From Plasmodiophora brassicae (lineage: Eukaryota): 64,000 nucleotides of DNA. The DNA is taken from assembly GCA_036867785.1 (NCBI GenBank), contig CP145420.1, positions 682,001-746,000 on the forward strand. The letters run 5' to 3'. The notes under the pieces were generated by a model, which worked only from the letters and a program-made list of their open reading frames with translations, made no database searches and was not told the DNA's origin. A program made the position numbers and the translations under genes. Shown in pieces: positions 11,309-22,469 of the stretch. How positions within the stretch are numbered: position 1 is the first letter of the stretch; each line of letters starts with the position of its first letter.

Positions 11309-13624
11309 TCAGTCTGCTCGGATCGCCCTGAGCACGTTGCCAATGGAGACGGCGCCGAGAACGCCGCGGTTGTCGTCGACGACCCAGGCGCGATGTATGC
11401 CAGCAGACGCCATCTTTGCAACGGCGATCCCGAGCAGATCCGATGGACGGACGCTGATCCCGGCGTGGCCCTCGGGAATGTCCTGTGTGCGACGTCCAAT
11501 TGAATGCAGCGCCTTGCCAGAGCGTCGGCAGAGCGTACCTTGCTGGTATTCGGGTCACACGCCTGGCAGTTCCGAACACGGCCGAGGAACTCGCTGACGG
11601 TGGACGCCAGCGTCGAGATCATCGCAGCCCGCATGACATACTACACGTCGTCGTCGTTTCAGCAGGGCTCGACATCGAAGTGTAAAACGCTGACCTTGAG
11701 GTCGCTGAGCGACAGGTTGCCGACCAGTTTCCCGTTGTCGACCACGGCCGCCGACGACGTCTCCTTCTGGATCATGGCCTCGATCGCGGACAGCAACGTG
11801 CTCCCGGGTGCCACCGTCATGAAGCTGGTGTCGACCACGTTCAGCTCGTCAATCTGCACCGGCGCTCAGCATTGACACACGCGCGTCTCGCGTCGATTGG
11901 GCTCACCCTGCGTGCCATGATACCCAGCGGGGGGTTCATTCGCGCCATGTACCGCAGCACGTCGCTCTGCGACACCTTCTTCAGCGTCTCGTCCACGATC
12001 GCGACCGAATGCGCATCCGACAGCGCAGCGACCAGGTTGGTACCCGCCAGTCGAATATCGCTCTGTGGCGACCGGAACGCTGTCCAGCGCGTGTCAACGC
12101 ACGACGGGCACGCGTTTGAACGCCCAGCCCGACCTGCAGTGACGACGTTGACGGGGATGAGACGAAGAATGCCCCTCCGTATGAACTCGTCGACACCGGT
12201 GGACTGGCTGACGCGATGGTGCCGGGCGCCCCCGACCAGGAGCGCGCCCAGGTCGTAGTAGTCGAACAGGCCGGCACACTGCCCAGTAGGGCTCACGACC
12301 GGTATGGAGCTGATCCCTGGACGCCTGTGTCAGCGGTACGCGCGAGACGAAGCGGGTCGCCGACCTTTGTCGGCCATTACGCGGCACACGTCTTGGACGG
12401 TGGCGTTGGTCGGCACTGTGTAGATCTCCCTGGATGGATCCTGTGGGAACCCGCCACAGGTCAACAACGTCGGGCTCGTGGGGTACGATGGAGGCGTTGG
12501 TGGCGGTTGCTCGCGACAACGAGCGATAGCTTGCAGCAGGTCTGTCATGGAGACCACCCCGATCGGGACGTGGTGGTCGTCGATGATGAACACGCGATGC
12601 ACGTGGGCGTCCAAGATCCTGTGCAGAACATCGCCGAGCGTGTCGTTGCGACTGGCGACGACTTGCTCGACGACCTGGTGGAGTTTCGATCGTTTGTGCA
12701 CGTGGCCGGCCAGCTCGCCGACCGTCATATGCAGGCAGCTGTACGTCTTGCGCTGGAATATGACGCCGACGTCGGTCATCGACAGGCAGTCGACCAGGCG
12801 ACCGCCGTTGCTGTCATCGACGACGGGCGCCGCGTACACGTTCTGTCGGTGCATCTCCAGCAACGAAGACAGCAACGGGTCCGACGACCTGACCGACAGC
12901 GGCGACGGTGTCATCACGTCCTGCATTGTAATTGCACTGGCGGCAGGGTAGGCGTGTATCTGGGGACGAACGAATGAACGGGAGCAGGACGGCGACGTAT
13001 GGGGTGGCGCGTACCTTGTCGGCACAGAACCGTATCAAGTCGGTTTGCGTTAACATTCCAGATAGGGTCGGCTGTTCGCCCGATCTGGTGCCCAGCAGGA
13101 TCCGATGGCGGTCCTGGTTGAACAGGATCATTGCCTCCAGCGCCGATTCCGACGGGTGAAGGACAATGTTATTCGCAGGCCTGTCTTTGTGTAAACCTTA
13201 GGCAATGGCACTTAGTGGGCCGCATATGACGATATGGGATGGTGGCGACTGACGAGGCGCGACTGAGACTGGGGCGAGTTTCGGCAGACGCTGCGACAGG
13301 ACGCGCTCCAGGTCGTCGTCGTCGGCCGGAAGGCCTTCCTTCGCGAAGCTCATCAGCAGGAGCACGGCGACGTCGTGCAAGTCGACCCAGTCGATCACGT
13401 GCGGCCCGGAAGACGATGTAATCGGGGCGCTCTGCAGCGAGTGCTCTGACAGGACCTTCCCAGGACGGTTGAGCGCATGGCGTCAACGGGGACGCCCGCC
13501 GGTTCCCCACCTTGCAAGCGCGCTCCATGGTGGTGGCTTCGTCCAGGGTCACAATCGGGACCATGGCGCCGACCTGGGAGCAGGGCGTCGACCTGAGCAG
13601 GTCAACGAGCGCCATGGACGACAT
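11309..13624 (-). CDS. Multi-CBS-domain protein (AMPK-gamma/SDS23-like), many introns
   Basis: Repeated CBS motifs: HVHRVFIIDDHHVPIGVVSMTDLL, AAVVDNGKLVGNLSLSDLK, GIHRAWVVDDNRGVLGAVSIGNVL, GMLTQTDLIRF. Confidence 0.85.
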
Positions 13625-13749
13625 GACGCGTGCGGTTTGGGACGAGACAAGCGAAGGCCCCAGGTACCACACGTACTGGGACAGACAGCACGCCTTGCCA
13701 CAGCGATACCATGCAGACGGACGACGTGACGTCCAACGGTGCGTTTATT

Positions 13750-14275
13750 CTATTCACCCTACGCTTTCTGACGTCGCCGACGCCCAGGGGCTGCGAGGGG
13801 CTTCAGCGTCTGAGCATGAAGCGGCGAGTACGGGCTGTCGAACAGCGGGTCGTTCAGGCCATACGGTTTGTACGCCCACCTGATCACATGTCAGGCGGCG
13901 CCTGCTGACTTGACCATCGATGTGTTACCCTTGGATCTGGTCGAAGATGTCCTCGTGGGTGCGCACCTCGTGGTAGCTGGTCAGCAAAGGGGCCCGCTCG
14001 AAGACGCCGATGACGTCGACGGTCTGCAGGGCGGGCATGACGGATTTCACAGGGTAGACGCGGGCCAGGACAGTGTCCGGCTCGCTCCAGCTGCGGGCCA
14101 TGGCCGACTTCGAGGCCGACGACCGCGTCTTCAGGTTCTTCATGGCCTTGCAGCGACGCCGGGCGTTACTGTCGACCAGAGCGGCGATATGCGGCGGGTT
14201 CAGTGCCACCAGGAACGGGATCTTCTCTACCGGCGCCTTCGTCCTCGACTTGCGACGCTGACCATTACCCATCAT
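13750..14275 (-). CDS. Hypothetical basic protein (one probable intron)
   Basis: ORF MMGNGQRRKSRTKAPVEKIPFLVALN... ending at a GT donor near 13928. Confidence 0.4.
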
Positions 14276-14522
14276 GCCCGGCCCTCTACCTAGCTGTGGC
14301 GCGTGCCCATTGTACTGCACACAAACGTACGAAATCGTTACCCCTGATGTTGGTACGGCCATCTGCTTTCACCTGCACGTTTTCCGCTCTGTTTCCCTCG
14401 AGTCTGTCTTTCTACGCGGGAGCCCAGCCGTACGCCGCTCTATCCAGTTCGTATTCAGGTCAGATGCTGACGCCTTTAGTGCTTAGTCGCTTCGTATTGC
14501 CGGTCGATGATGGGCAGGGAAC

Positions 14523-15738
14523 ATGAGTGGCAGCGTGCGCGTGCCACTGTGGGTATCTAAGGCAGCGAGGGCAGCGATGTCAGTCGACGGGAGTACGACG
14601 TCGACGGGGAGACGACCATGGCGGAACCCGTCGCCGAAACCGGCGACCTCGCACGAGGCCATCGGCGAAGCCGGCCAGACGAAACTGTTCCGCACGCAGG
14701 TCCTCGCCGAACTCGAACGCCAGCACCAAGCCAAGGCCATGTTCCCGATCACGCCCGACGTCACTGAGCGCGATAAGGACTGGGACCTGGCCAGTCGCCA
14801 GCACCTATTCAAGCTCAACTTCCCGAACGTCGCCCTCGACGACGTCATCGACACGTGGTCGCCCGGCACGTCGCTGGAGAACGCCGCCTGCGAGTTCTAC
14901 CGCCACAAGATCGACCGCGTCGCCGGCCGCGCCTGGGACAAACAGGACGAGTGGACGCGCCTGCGTCGCGAACTGGAGAACGCTTCGTCGTCGTCGTCTG
15001 TGACCGCCCGCGCCGGAATGGTACATTTGCCGAGGATGCAGTTCGCGCAGTTCTCCGCACTGAACGAGGCGTGCACCTCCTGTTCAGATGCGGTTCGCCG
15101 GTCGCCCGTCGGCGAAAGCCTTCGACCCGTCGCCGTTCTGGTACCGGCTCGCGGATACGCCGCGGTCGGCGAACTGGGTGCGCAACGCCATCTGCTTCAA
15201 GGACCAGGTCGACCAGCAGCTGCTGCAGTCGATGGACGCCGTCGAATACCGCCGACGGCTCCACGACCACATCGTGCATCGGTTCAAGATGCGCCGCCGG
15301 GAGAACCTGGCGCAGGAACGCCGGTTCCCGACGACGTTCAAGCGGAGCCTGAAGCGGGCCACGCCCAGGGCGCCATCGAACCGCGAGGAGGACCGGATTG
15401 ACCGGCTGGCGAAACCGTTCGAGAGGAACATGCTGCCGGACCTGGTCCCTGAGGCGGACCCGGCGGCGATGGCACCCGCGTTCCAGTCCGTCGTCAAACA
15501 CGTCGTCCCAGAACTGAACCTGCACCTGATTCTTCGGCAGCCGCTGCCCGACACGGTCGCACGACTCGCCAAGAAGCACCTGAACGTCGCCCGGCAGTAC
15601 AAACATCGCGAGCAGAACGACAAGCAGACGGCCAGGGCCGTCCGCGACCAGATCGCATCGTTCGAGAAGAACCTGGTCGCCCGCGAACAGCAGGCGCTCC
15701 AGCAGCAGGCAGCGGAAGCGTCGGCAACGCCTGAATAA
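14523..15738 (+). CDS. Hypothetical protein; intron ~15021-15087
   Basis: Two long ORFs joined in frame by a gtac...tcag intron; AATAAA at the stop. Confidence 0.6.
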
Positions 15739-15795
15739 AATTGCAATGATGTCAGGCAAACGACCGTGCTGTATTGTATCGGTGGGGGACGACGT

Positions 15796-16681
15796 CTACG
15801 CGGCCGTCGTGCGCTTCTGCTGACGCATCGTGGTGATCTGCTTGTGGACGACGTCGATCAGCATGCGGCCCTGCTCCAGGTTCCCGCTGCGGAACGCGAT
15901 CTCGATGGGCGTCGCCCCATCCTCGTCCTTGTCGAACAGCGACTGCAGACCGGCCTGCAGGACGGCCACGCGAAGCTCTTCGACGTCGCCCGACTTCAGG
16001 GCGTTGAACACGCCAAACCCGATCCCGTCTGATTCGTCATTGCCGCCCGCCTCCGCTTCCTCGTCGGGTTTCGCCTCCGGTGGCGTCTCGGTCGGCTTCT
16101 CGGCGGGGTTCGCGGGTGGCGCCGCCGAGTCGAACTTCTTCAACCGGTCGCGAACTGATCCCGTCCCTGCTTCAGACGACGACGGTTGCTCTTGCTCCGC
16201 TGGAGCGGACGACGCGTTCGTCGTCGGTGGCGCCGACAGCGATTCAGGCTGGGACGACGCCGGGCTCGCTGTGGCCCTCGCCGACAACTTCGGGCCGGAC
16301 GACAGCGTAGACGGTGGCGCGTTCGCCGATAACGACGCCTGCAGGCCCGAGCGGCTCTTGAACGCGGGCATCGACGGGTCGTAGTCGTCCTTGAACACGG
16401 CGTACGTGCCGCGCTCCTTGAACATCTCCAGGAAGTGCACCTTGCAGTAGGGCGTGGACTGGTACATGGCGCAGCTCGTCGCCGACACGACGCAATCACA
16501 TTTCGCGCCTGTCGTTCGCCGCTGTTCAGACGGCGGCCGCCCGGCATGCGCGCGCAGGCGTCCTACATTTGAAGCAGCGCTTGTGGAAGACGGCGTCGGC
16601 CACGTTGACCGCCTCCAACGGGTACACCGTCTTCTGGCACGCCTGGCACTTCGTCGTCGCACCGCCTAGCTTCGCCGACAT
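15796..16681 (-). CDS. LIM-domain protein with C-terminal ankyrin-like repeat; one intron
   Basis: CQACQKTVYPLE...FHKRCFKC|AKCDC...PYCKVH (CRP/plant-type LIM); C-terminal KDEDGATPIEIAFRSGN. Confidence 0.82.
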
Positions 16682-17002
16682 CGATGCCGAATCCCTGTTG
16701 GGGCTGGCACGCGCCCCCGCCTGTCCCTCACAGACCCGGGATATCTTTCCAGATCGCCGTGGCACACGTGGCCAGCGGCGGCCCACGCCGTCATCGCCTT
16801 CCCGAACCGGACAGTCGTGGCCGTGTATTGTCTGGAACAGGTGGCCCCAGGAAGCTGCAGTCGCGCACCCAGTATGTCCTGCAAATGCGTGACTGTGGAC
16901 TGCAACGGTGCGTCAGTGCAGCTACGTGCGGGTCACTCACGGCCCGGGGCACCTTTGTTCAATACACATCGCCGAAGCGCCGCCCGTGCGCGCTGGCCGC
17001 CG

Positions 17003-18973
17003 ATGGTGGGAGTCGCCGCGCGCGCCCTGGCATGTATTCGCGCTCGTCTAGGAGCGTCGTCGTCGACGACCGACCACCTGTTCGGCGTGTTCCGGGCGCA
17101 CCCGTCAGTGGCGACGGCGGTGTCGGCACTGAAGGTGGAACAGGACCGCAATCGGGGCCTGGCCGTCTACCGATGGGTGATCGAATCCAGCCTGCCGGCC
17201 GGTCTTCCGTTCTTCCAGGCCAGCATGGCCTTCTGCAGACGGTCGTACCCTGAGCAGGCACCGATGGTCCTGCAAGCGGCCCTGTCCCGGCAGATTGGCG
17301 TCTATGAACCGCTCTTCTGCATGTTTCTCAGCGCTTGCCGGAAAGCGAGGCCGGTGCTCGTTCAGGACGCATTGGATATGTACGCCAGATGTGGGCCACG
17401 AACCGCTGGCGTTCTGGTCGACATGGCGACGGTTTGCAAGGTGGGCGGGCGCCCTGACGATGCGTTGTTTCTGCTGGACGATGCCCTGGCCGGGAATGTC
17501 GCGATTCCAGAGAGGCTGCTGGCGATGCTGGCAAGGTGCTGTGCGAAGTCAAGGTCGCCCCGGGCCGCTGACCTTGCCGAGCGACTGTTCAACATGATGA
17601 ACGACGAGCGTATCTCGATGCATGATAACATGACAATGTACAGCAACCTGATCAAAGCGCTGCTGGCGCAGGGGCGTTTCGACGCCTGCCTCAAAGCGAT
17701 CTACCTGATGGACCTGCGGCGGCTGCCGCCTTCGGAACCGATTTTCAACCTAGTCCTGAACGCCCTGGCCAAGAATGACCGTTGTACGCTGGCGATGACC
17801 GTGTTCTGGATGACGGTGCAGAGGCGAATCCGATTGTACTGCCCGGTGGTCGGGGGCCTGGCGGCCTCCTGTGGCAGGGCGGCCAACCTGCCCGCCCTGG
17901 AATCCGTCCGACGGTACGCCAACGACCATTCCATGGAGGCGAACGACGTTGTGCTCAGCGGTCTCATCTCTGGGTACGCTCACTGCGTGCACGTCTTCGT
18001 CGCTCAGCAACTGTTCCAGGACCGGTGCCGGGCGACGATGCCCCCCGGCTTCGTATTCGACGCCATGATCGGGGCGTACAGTCTCCATGGGATGCTACCG
18101 AAGGCGATTGCCACGTTCGACCAGATGATCGAATCGCAACGGAAGCCGTCTGAACGGACGCTGACCACCCTCCTTCTCGGGTGCTGTCATGTCGGTGATC
18201 TGGATCGCGCTAAAGGGTTCATCGCTGACTTCCTGCGTTCCTACGGTATCTCGTGTACTGCCGAGTCTTCCCAATTTCTGGTCGATTTGTACGGCAGGCA
18301 CGGCAACCTGGACGATGCCGAACAGATTGTGGTGTCCTCGTTCAACAACGATGCTGCGTCATGGGCCAGTCTTCTCAACGCCTGCCGCGTGCACAAGGAC
18401 ATCGTTCGAGCAGAACGCGTGTTCTCCAAGGTCATCTCGTTGCCGAACGCGTCGCTGGCGTCTGCGTACGTAGAAATGTCAAAGATCTATGCAAGCGCAT
18501 CACTGTTCCCTCAAGCGATCCATATGCGACAGCAGATGAGGGCGCTGGGGCTGGTCGACGGGCCGCGCTCGACAACCGTCCAGCTTCCTGACCGGTCGAT
18601 AACCTTCAAGTCGTGCGATGCGGTGTACCATACGGACGCCAGGCTGAACGCACAGCATGGGCGGATGATCGGGTGCCTGCTGGACAACGGGTACAGGCCC
18701 GACGTGTCGCTGCTCGCCATACAGATGGCCTCCGAGGAAGACGCTCGCCAATCGGTGTACCTGCACAGCGACAAGATCGCGTTGGCGTTCGCGCTCATGC
18801 ACGTGGCACCCTGCGACCCGATTCGCCTGACGAAGAACACGAAGATGTGTCCGGACTGCCACTGGGTCGCCAAGCGCGTCTCCGGTCTGTTGAACCGCGA
18901 CGTCTACGTTCGCGACGTTGCCAGACATCATCATTTCAGACATGGTCAATGTTCCTGTAACGATTACTGGTAG
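17003..18973 (+). CDS. PLS-class pentatricopeptide repeat protein with E1/E2 and DYW domain; intronless; ORF is open from 16817, with an alternative ATG at 16874
   Basis: PPR motifs (MYSNLIKALLAQGRFD, VFDAMIGAYSLHGMLPKAIATFDQM, LVDLYGRHGNLDDAE), E1 WASLLNACRVHKD, E2 AYVEMSKIYA, DYW GYRPD...HSDKIALAF...CPDCH...HHFRHGQCSCNDYW*. Confidence 0.95.
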   Translation: MVGVAARALACIRARLGASSSTTDHLFGVFRAHPSVATAVSALKVEQDRNRGLAVYRWVIESSLPAGLPFFQASMAFCRRSYPEQAPMVLQAALSRQIGVYEPLFCMFLSACRKARPVLVQDALDMYARCGPRTAGVLVDMATVCKVGGRPDDALFLLDDALAGNVAIPERLLAMLARCCAKSRSPRAADLAERLFNMMNDERISMHDNMTMYSNLIKALLAQGRFDACLKAIYLMDLRRLPPSEPIFNLVLNALAKNDRCTLAMTVFWMTVQRRIRLYCPVVGGLAASCGRAANLPALESVRRYANDHSMEANDVVLSGLISGYAHCVHVFVAQQLFQDRCRATMPPGFVFDAMIGAYSLHGMLPKAIATFDQMIESQRKPSERTLTTLLLGCCHVGDLDRAKGFIADFLRSYGISCTAESSQFLVDLYGRHGNLDDAEQIVVSSFNNDAASWASLLNACRVHKDIVRAERVFSKVISLPNASLASAYVEMSKIYASASLFPQAIHMRQQMRALGLVDGPRSTTVQLPDRSITFKSCDAVYHTDARLNAQHGRMIGCLLDNGYRPDVSLLAIQMASEEDARQSVYLHSDKIALAFALMHVAPCDPIRLTKNTKMCPDCHWVAKRVSGLLNRDVYVRDVARHHHFRHGQCSCNDYW

Positions 18974-19045
18974 ACGCACGTCAACGTGATAATATAGAAT
19001 GACGCAATGTGATCGCATTGGGGTTTACTGCTAGACGGCATGGTT

Positions 19046-20020
19046 TCACTCTGCATTGACGGGAGCAGCCGGCGCCTCCATCGACTCCCCGGCCGGTTTG
19101 TCGTCGGCTTCCTGGACGACGGGCGTCGACGACACCTGGACGGGTTCGTCGGCGGACGCCTCGACGGCGACCTCCGGCGAAGGTGCCGGCTGTTCACCCT
19201 CCTCAATCGGCATCTTGGCGCTCTCTTCAGGTTCCTCCACCTTGGCTGGAGATTCGTCTTGCATCGGCTCTACTTCAGGGATGCCACTTGCTTCCGCCTG
19301 CTCAGGAGCTTCTTCCTTGGTTTTGGACGCGTACTTTGCGTCAGGAGCTTCCTCAGCTTCCTCAGGGGTCTCCTCTGCTTCGGCGGTTTCCAGTTCATCC
19401 AGTTCACCGGCGACTTCTTTCTCTTCAGGCAATTCTTCCTCCTCTTCAGGATCTTCCTCGTGTGCCTCCTCCTCGTCGGCTTCGTCGACTTCCTCCTCAC
19501 GGTCTTCCTCTTCTGGCTCCGCGCCGAGGTCTTCTTCGGCCCCTTCCCCACTGACGTCCTCGTCACCTTTGGCCTTCTTGGCCCTGGTCTTCTTCAGCGC
19601 TGCCGTCGCTCGTCGTTTCGCTGGTGCCTTCTTCTGAGCCTCCGCACCTTCCTCTTCTTTCGGTTCAGGGAACCCGCCCTTCGCCTTAACCTTCTTCATG
19701 AACTCCTTCTTGAACTCGGCCTCGATCTTGAACTTGCCCCTAACCTTCACGACGTGCCCTTGATCGATCCCCTTGTCCAGGCCATCCTTGAAATGACGGG
19801 CGAATCCCGCATCGGACACCGTGTAACGCGAGCGGACCCAGTCCTGGATCTGCTGTCGCGACACGGTCCCTTTCAGGTCGCAGATCGCCTCCATGATCAT
19901 ATGCGCGAACGTCGGGTGCTTCGTCTTCGGTGTCGACGTCTTCGCCTTCCCCGCCGCCGCCGCCCGCTTCGGCGTCGACACCTTCGCCTTGCTCGGCGAC
20001 GCTGTCGCCGTCTTCACCAT
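19046..20020 (-). CDS. Linker histone H1/H5 (H15) domain protein with long acidic tail; intronless
   Basis: K/A/P-rich N-terminus and globular HPTFAHMIMEAICDLKGTVSRQQIQDWVRSRY...LDKGIDQGHVVKVRGKFK, then a Glu-rich tail. Confidence 0.8.
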   Translation of the reverse strand: MVKTATASPSKAKVSTPKRAAAAGKAKTSTPKTKHPTFAHMIMEAICDLKGTVSRQQIQDWVRSRYTVSDAGFARHFKDGLDKGIDQGHVVKVRGKFKIEAEFKKEFMKKVKAKGGFPEPKEEEGAEAQKKAPAKRRATAALKKTRAKKAKGDEDVSGEGAEEDLGAEPEEEDREEEVDEADEEEAHEEDPEEEEELPEEKEVAGELDELETAEAEETPEEAEEAPDAKYASKTKEEAPEQAEASGIPEVEPMQDESPAKVEEPEESAKMPIEEGEQPAPSPEVAVEASADEPVQVSSTPVVQEADDKPAGESMEAPAAPVNAE

Positions 20021-20312
20021 CACTCAACGAGACCCGCAAACTCCGTTGAACGCTGCCGCAATGAAAGGCGCAGCTCGGCAATCAGAGCTGCACGCACTGC
20101 GCAGCTGCAACTGATACAGTTGCGACCGGGGGTTCCCGAGCGAGGTTCACCTCCCCAGTCTGCCCGCTCGCCGTGCTCCAGCAACGACGGCCCGTTTGTC
20201 TCGGCCGGGTGCGGCATCGGTATAGAAACGTTCGCCGCCCCGCGATGACGTCATTGGCTACGTCAGTTGCAACGGCCGCGTGCCTCAAGACCATGCCGTC
20301 ATTCCCCAGACC

Positions 20313-21575
20313 ATGCTGTCCCGCCTACCGCTGTTGGCTGTCGCGTTCGCGATTGCAGTGAATGCTCAGTCGGGCAATGTGGCACTGACGAACGGTCAAG
20401 GCACAATCACGGCGAGCGGCCTGCAATTCTCGCCGTGTTCCGATCAGACGTTCACGTTCCCGCCGTCCGTCCCGGCCGGCCTCAACGACCAGAACGCCAA
20501 CGTCGTCATCACGATCACGTACACGTACACGGCGGCATCGTCGTCGCAGATTATCGCGTCCAAGGGCGTCCTCATGACGGTCACCCTCATGAAAGGCACA
20601 ACAGCGTGCATGCAGCCGCTGTCGATCACGTTCATGCCGACGACGAACAGCAACCCGAACACGGTGTCGTTCACGGTGCCGACGGTCGCTCGATTCGACT
20701 CGATAAGCTTTGGCGCCCAGCAACCCGCCCCCGACACGTGCCTGCCGTCGCAACTGACCGCCCCAGGCATTACCGGGTTCGCTCCCGTCGACGTCCAGCT
20801 TGCCATCACGGTCGGGCAGCCCAACAACAACGGCGTCACCCAGGTGGCAACCAACCAGGGGCAGGTCGGTCACACGCTCCACTCGCATTCCCGTCTGGCG
20901 TCGCTAACAAACCATCCAGGTGGTCGCATACGAGGGCGGACAGCTCCAGGGATCGTTCACGTGCCCGCCATGGGTTCGTCATCGCACATGCGCAGCACCG
21001 CCTTCGCTGATTATGCTTGCCAGGGCAACAAGACGTACTCATTCGACAAGACCGAGATCGTGTGGTTGCCGTGCGCGTACAGCGGCCTGACGTTCTACGA
21101 CACGGCCAAGAAATACGCGATGAAGTCGGTGGTGGGCGTGACAATCACGCTGCACAGCGACGAGGACGTGACGTTGTCGCTGCGCCTACACAGCGTGGGC
21201 GTGTCGCGAGACGTGTTCCAGACGATGTTCCATGTGACGGCGGGGACCGCCTACCAAACGGTGACCATCCCGGTGCCGGGCGCCGGGACGAACGTCATCT
21301 TCGACCAGGTCCTGATCGCCGAGTCCCAGGGCATGCCGTGCGCGCAGGCCCAGAGCATCTACATCCAGAAAGTGGCCATCGCCGGCCTCCCCAGCCTGCC
21401 CAACGACTACACGCCGAGCAATAATGGCGTCGTCAACACCGGAAGCGGCGCGAACGGCCAGGCTGGCGGCGGTGGCGGGGCACACTCGGGCGCTGGCGAC
21501 ATCCTGTCCCGAAACTTGCTCACGTCCACCATGGCCGTCAACCTACTCGCTCTGGCCGCTCTTCACATCGTCTAA
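20313..21575 (+). CDS. Secreted, probably GPI-anchored beta-rich surface protein (possible in-frame intron or introns ~20865-21020)
   Basis: Signal peptide MLSRLPLLAVAFAIAVNA, two beta-sandwich-like regions, G/S-rich spacer and hydrophobic C-terminus MAVNLLALAALHIV. Confidence 0.75.
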   Translation: MLSRLPLLAVAFAIAVNAQSGNVALTNGQGTITASGLQFSPCSDQTFTFPPSVPAGLNDQNANVVITITYTYTAASSSQIIASKGVLMTVTLMKGTTACMQPLSITFMPTTNSNPNTVSFTVPTVARFDSISFGAQQPAPDTCLPSQLTAPGITGFAPVDVQLAITVGQPNNNGVTQVATNQGQVGHTLHSHSRLASLTNHPGGRIRGRTAPGIVHVPAMGSSSHMRSTAFADYACQGNKTYSFDKTEIVWLPCAYSGLTFYDTAKKYAMKSVVGVTITLHSDEDVTLSLRLHSVGVSRDVFQTMFHVTAGTAYQTVTIPVPGAGTNVIFDQVLIAESQGMPCAQAQSIYIQKVAIAGLPSLPNDYTPSNNGVVNTGSGANGQAGGGGGAHSGAGDILSRNLLTSTMAVNLLALAALHIV

Positions 21576-22079
21576 ACGAAACTTCCATACGCCTTGTGCA
21601 GCCACGTATCGTGAACATTGTAGCCGTTCTTCACCCTGGGACGCATGTTCCATATGCCTGGTGACGCGTGAATGCACACGTTAAACGCGAGCGAGAAAAC
21701 AAGGCCGGGATGTGAAGCGGCTCAGGTCATAGTGCAATCCGGCCCCCATCGTGTGATGGGTGAAACGCACAGGTTTTCTCTGTTCTTAGGACATCTGAGT
21801 GACCAAAGGGCATGAGTATGACGACGGCAGTCGGGTGGCCATCGGCAAGGTTGAGCGAACACATCTGAGCGAAGTTGATTTCGCCGTGGCCAACCGCGTG
21901 CAAGGAAGGCAGGTGCAGGCCGGTGGTATCTACCGCCGAAGAACAGTGTCCCGATTGTATCACGATATCAGCCCTGAATTGAGAGGGCAATGACAGAATG
22001 AATGTATTGCACCGTGGAACCCCCCGCTGCAACGCCAGGATGTCAGTTGGTCACTATGTAGCACCGGTACTTAACAGCC

Positions 22080-22469
22080 TCAAGGCAAGCGGATCGCGGA
22101 CGTGCGGTTGCTGCTGCTCTGACGGAGCCCTTGGACGATGCGCTGGAACGTTCCGCGCCCCGTATCGTAATCGTACAAATACGCACTGGCCGTATCCCCG
22201 GACAAGTCGGTCTTGATGCAGCGACCTTCGAAGTACTCAATGTGGCGCAGCACTGCACCATTGGCTTTGGCATGATCGAATGCGGGCGCAGGCGTGCCCG
22301 GGCCATAGTAGGACTGCACGGCGGGTTCCCTATTCTGCCACAGTTCGTGTAGCAGTTCGACCTTGTCAATACCGCTGATGTCCACCTGCTGGTTCATATA
22401 CTCCATGCCCGACCCGGGTGCTGTCGCCAATGCCCACGCGACGACAACAACGACGATCTTGGTGATCAT
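22080..22469 (-). CDS. Small secreted protein (129 aa), uncharacterised family; intronless
   Basis: Signal peptide MITKIVVVVVAWALATA; mature part VDISGIDKVELLHELWQN...IEYFEGRCIKTDLSGD...YDYDTGRGTFQRIV. Confidence 0.75.
   Translation of the reverse strand: MITKIVVVVVAWALATAPGSGMEYMNQQVDISGIDKVELLHELWQNREPAVQSYYGPGTPAPAFDHAKANGAVLRHIEYFEGRCIKTDLSGDTASAYLYDYDTGRGTFQRIVQGLRQSSSNRTSAIRLP

Noticed and set aside
19040-20248. 402-aa plus-strand Leu/Phe/Arg-rich ORF
   Set aside because: Antisense shadow of the Glu/Lys-rich H1-like gene
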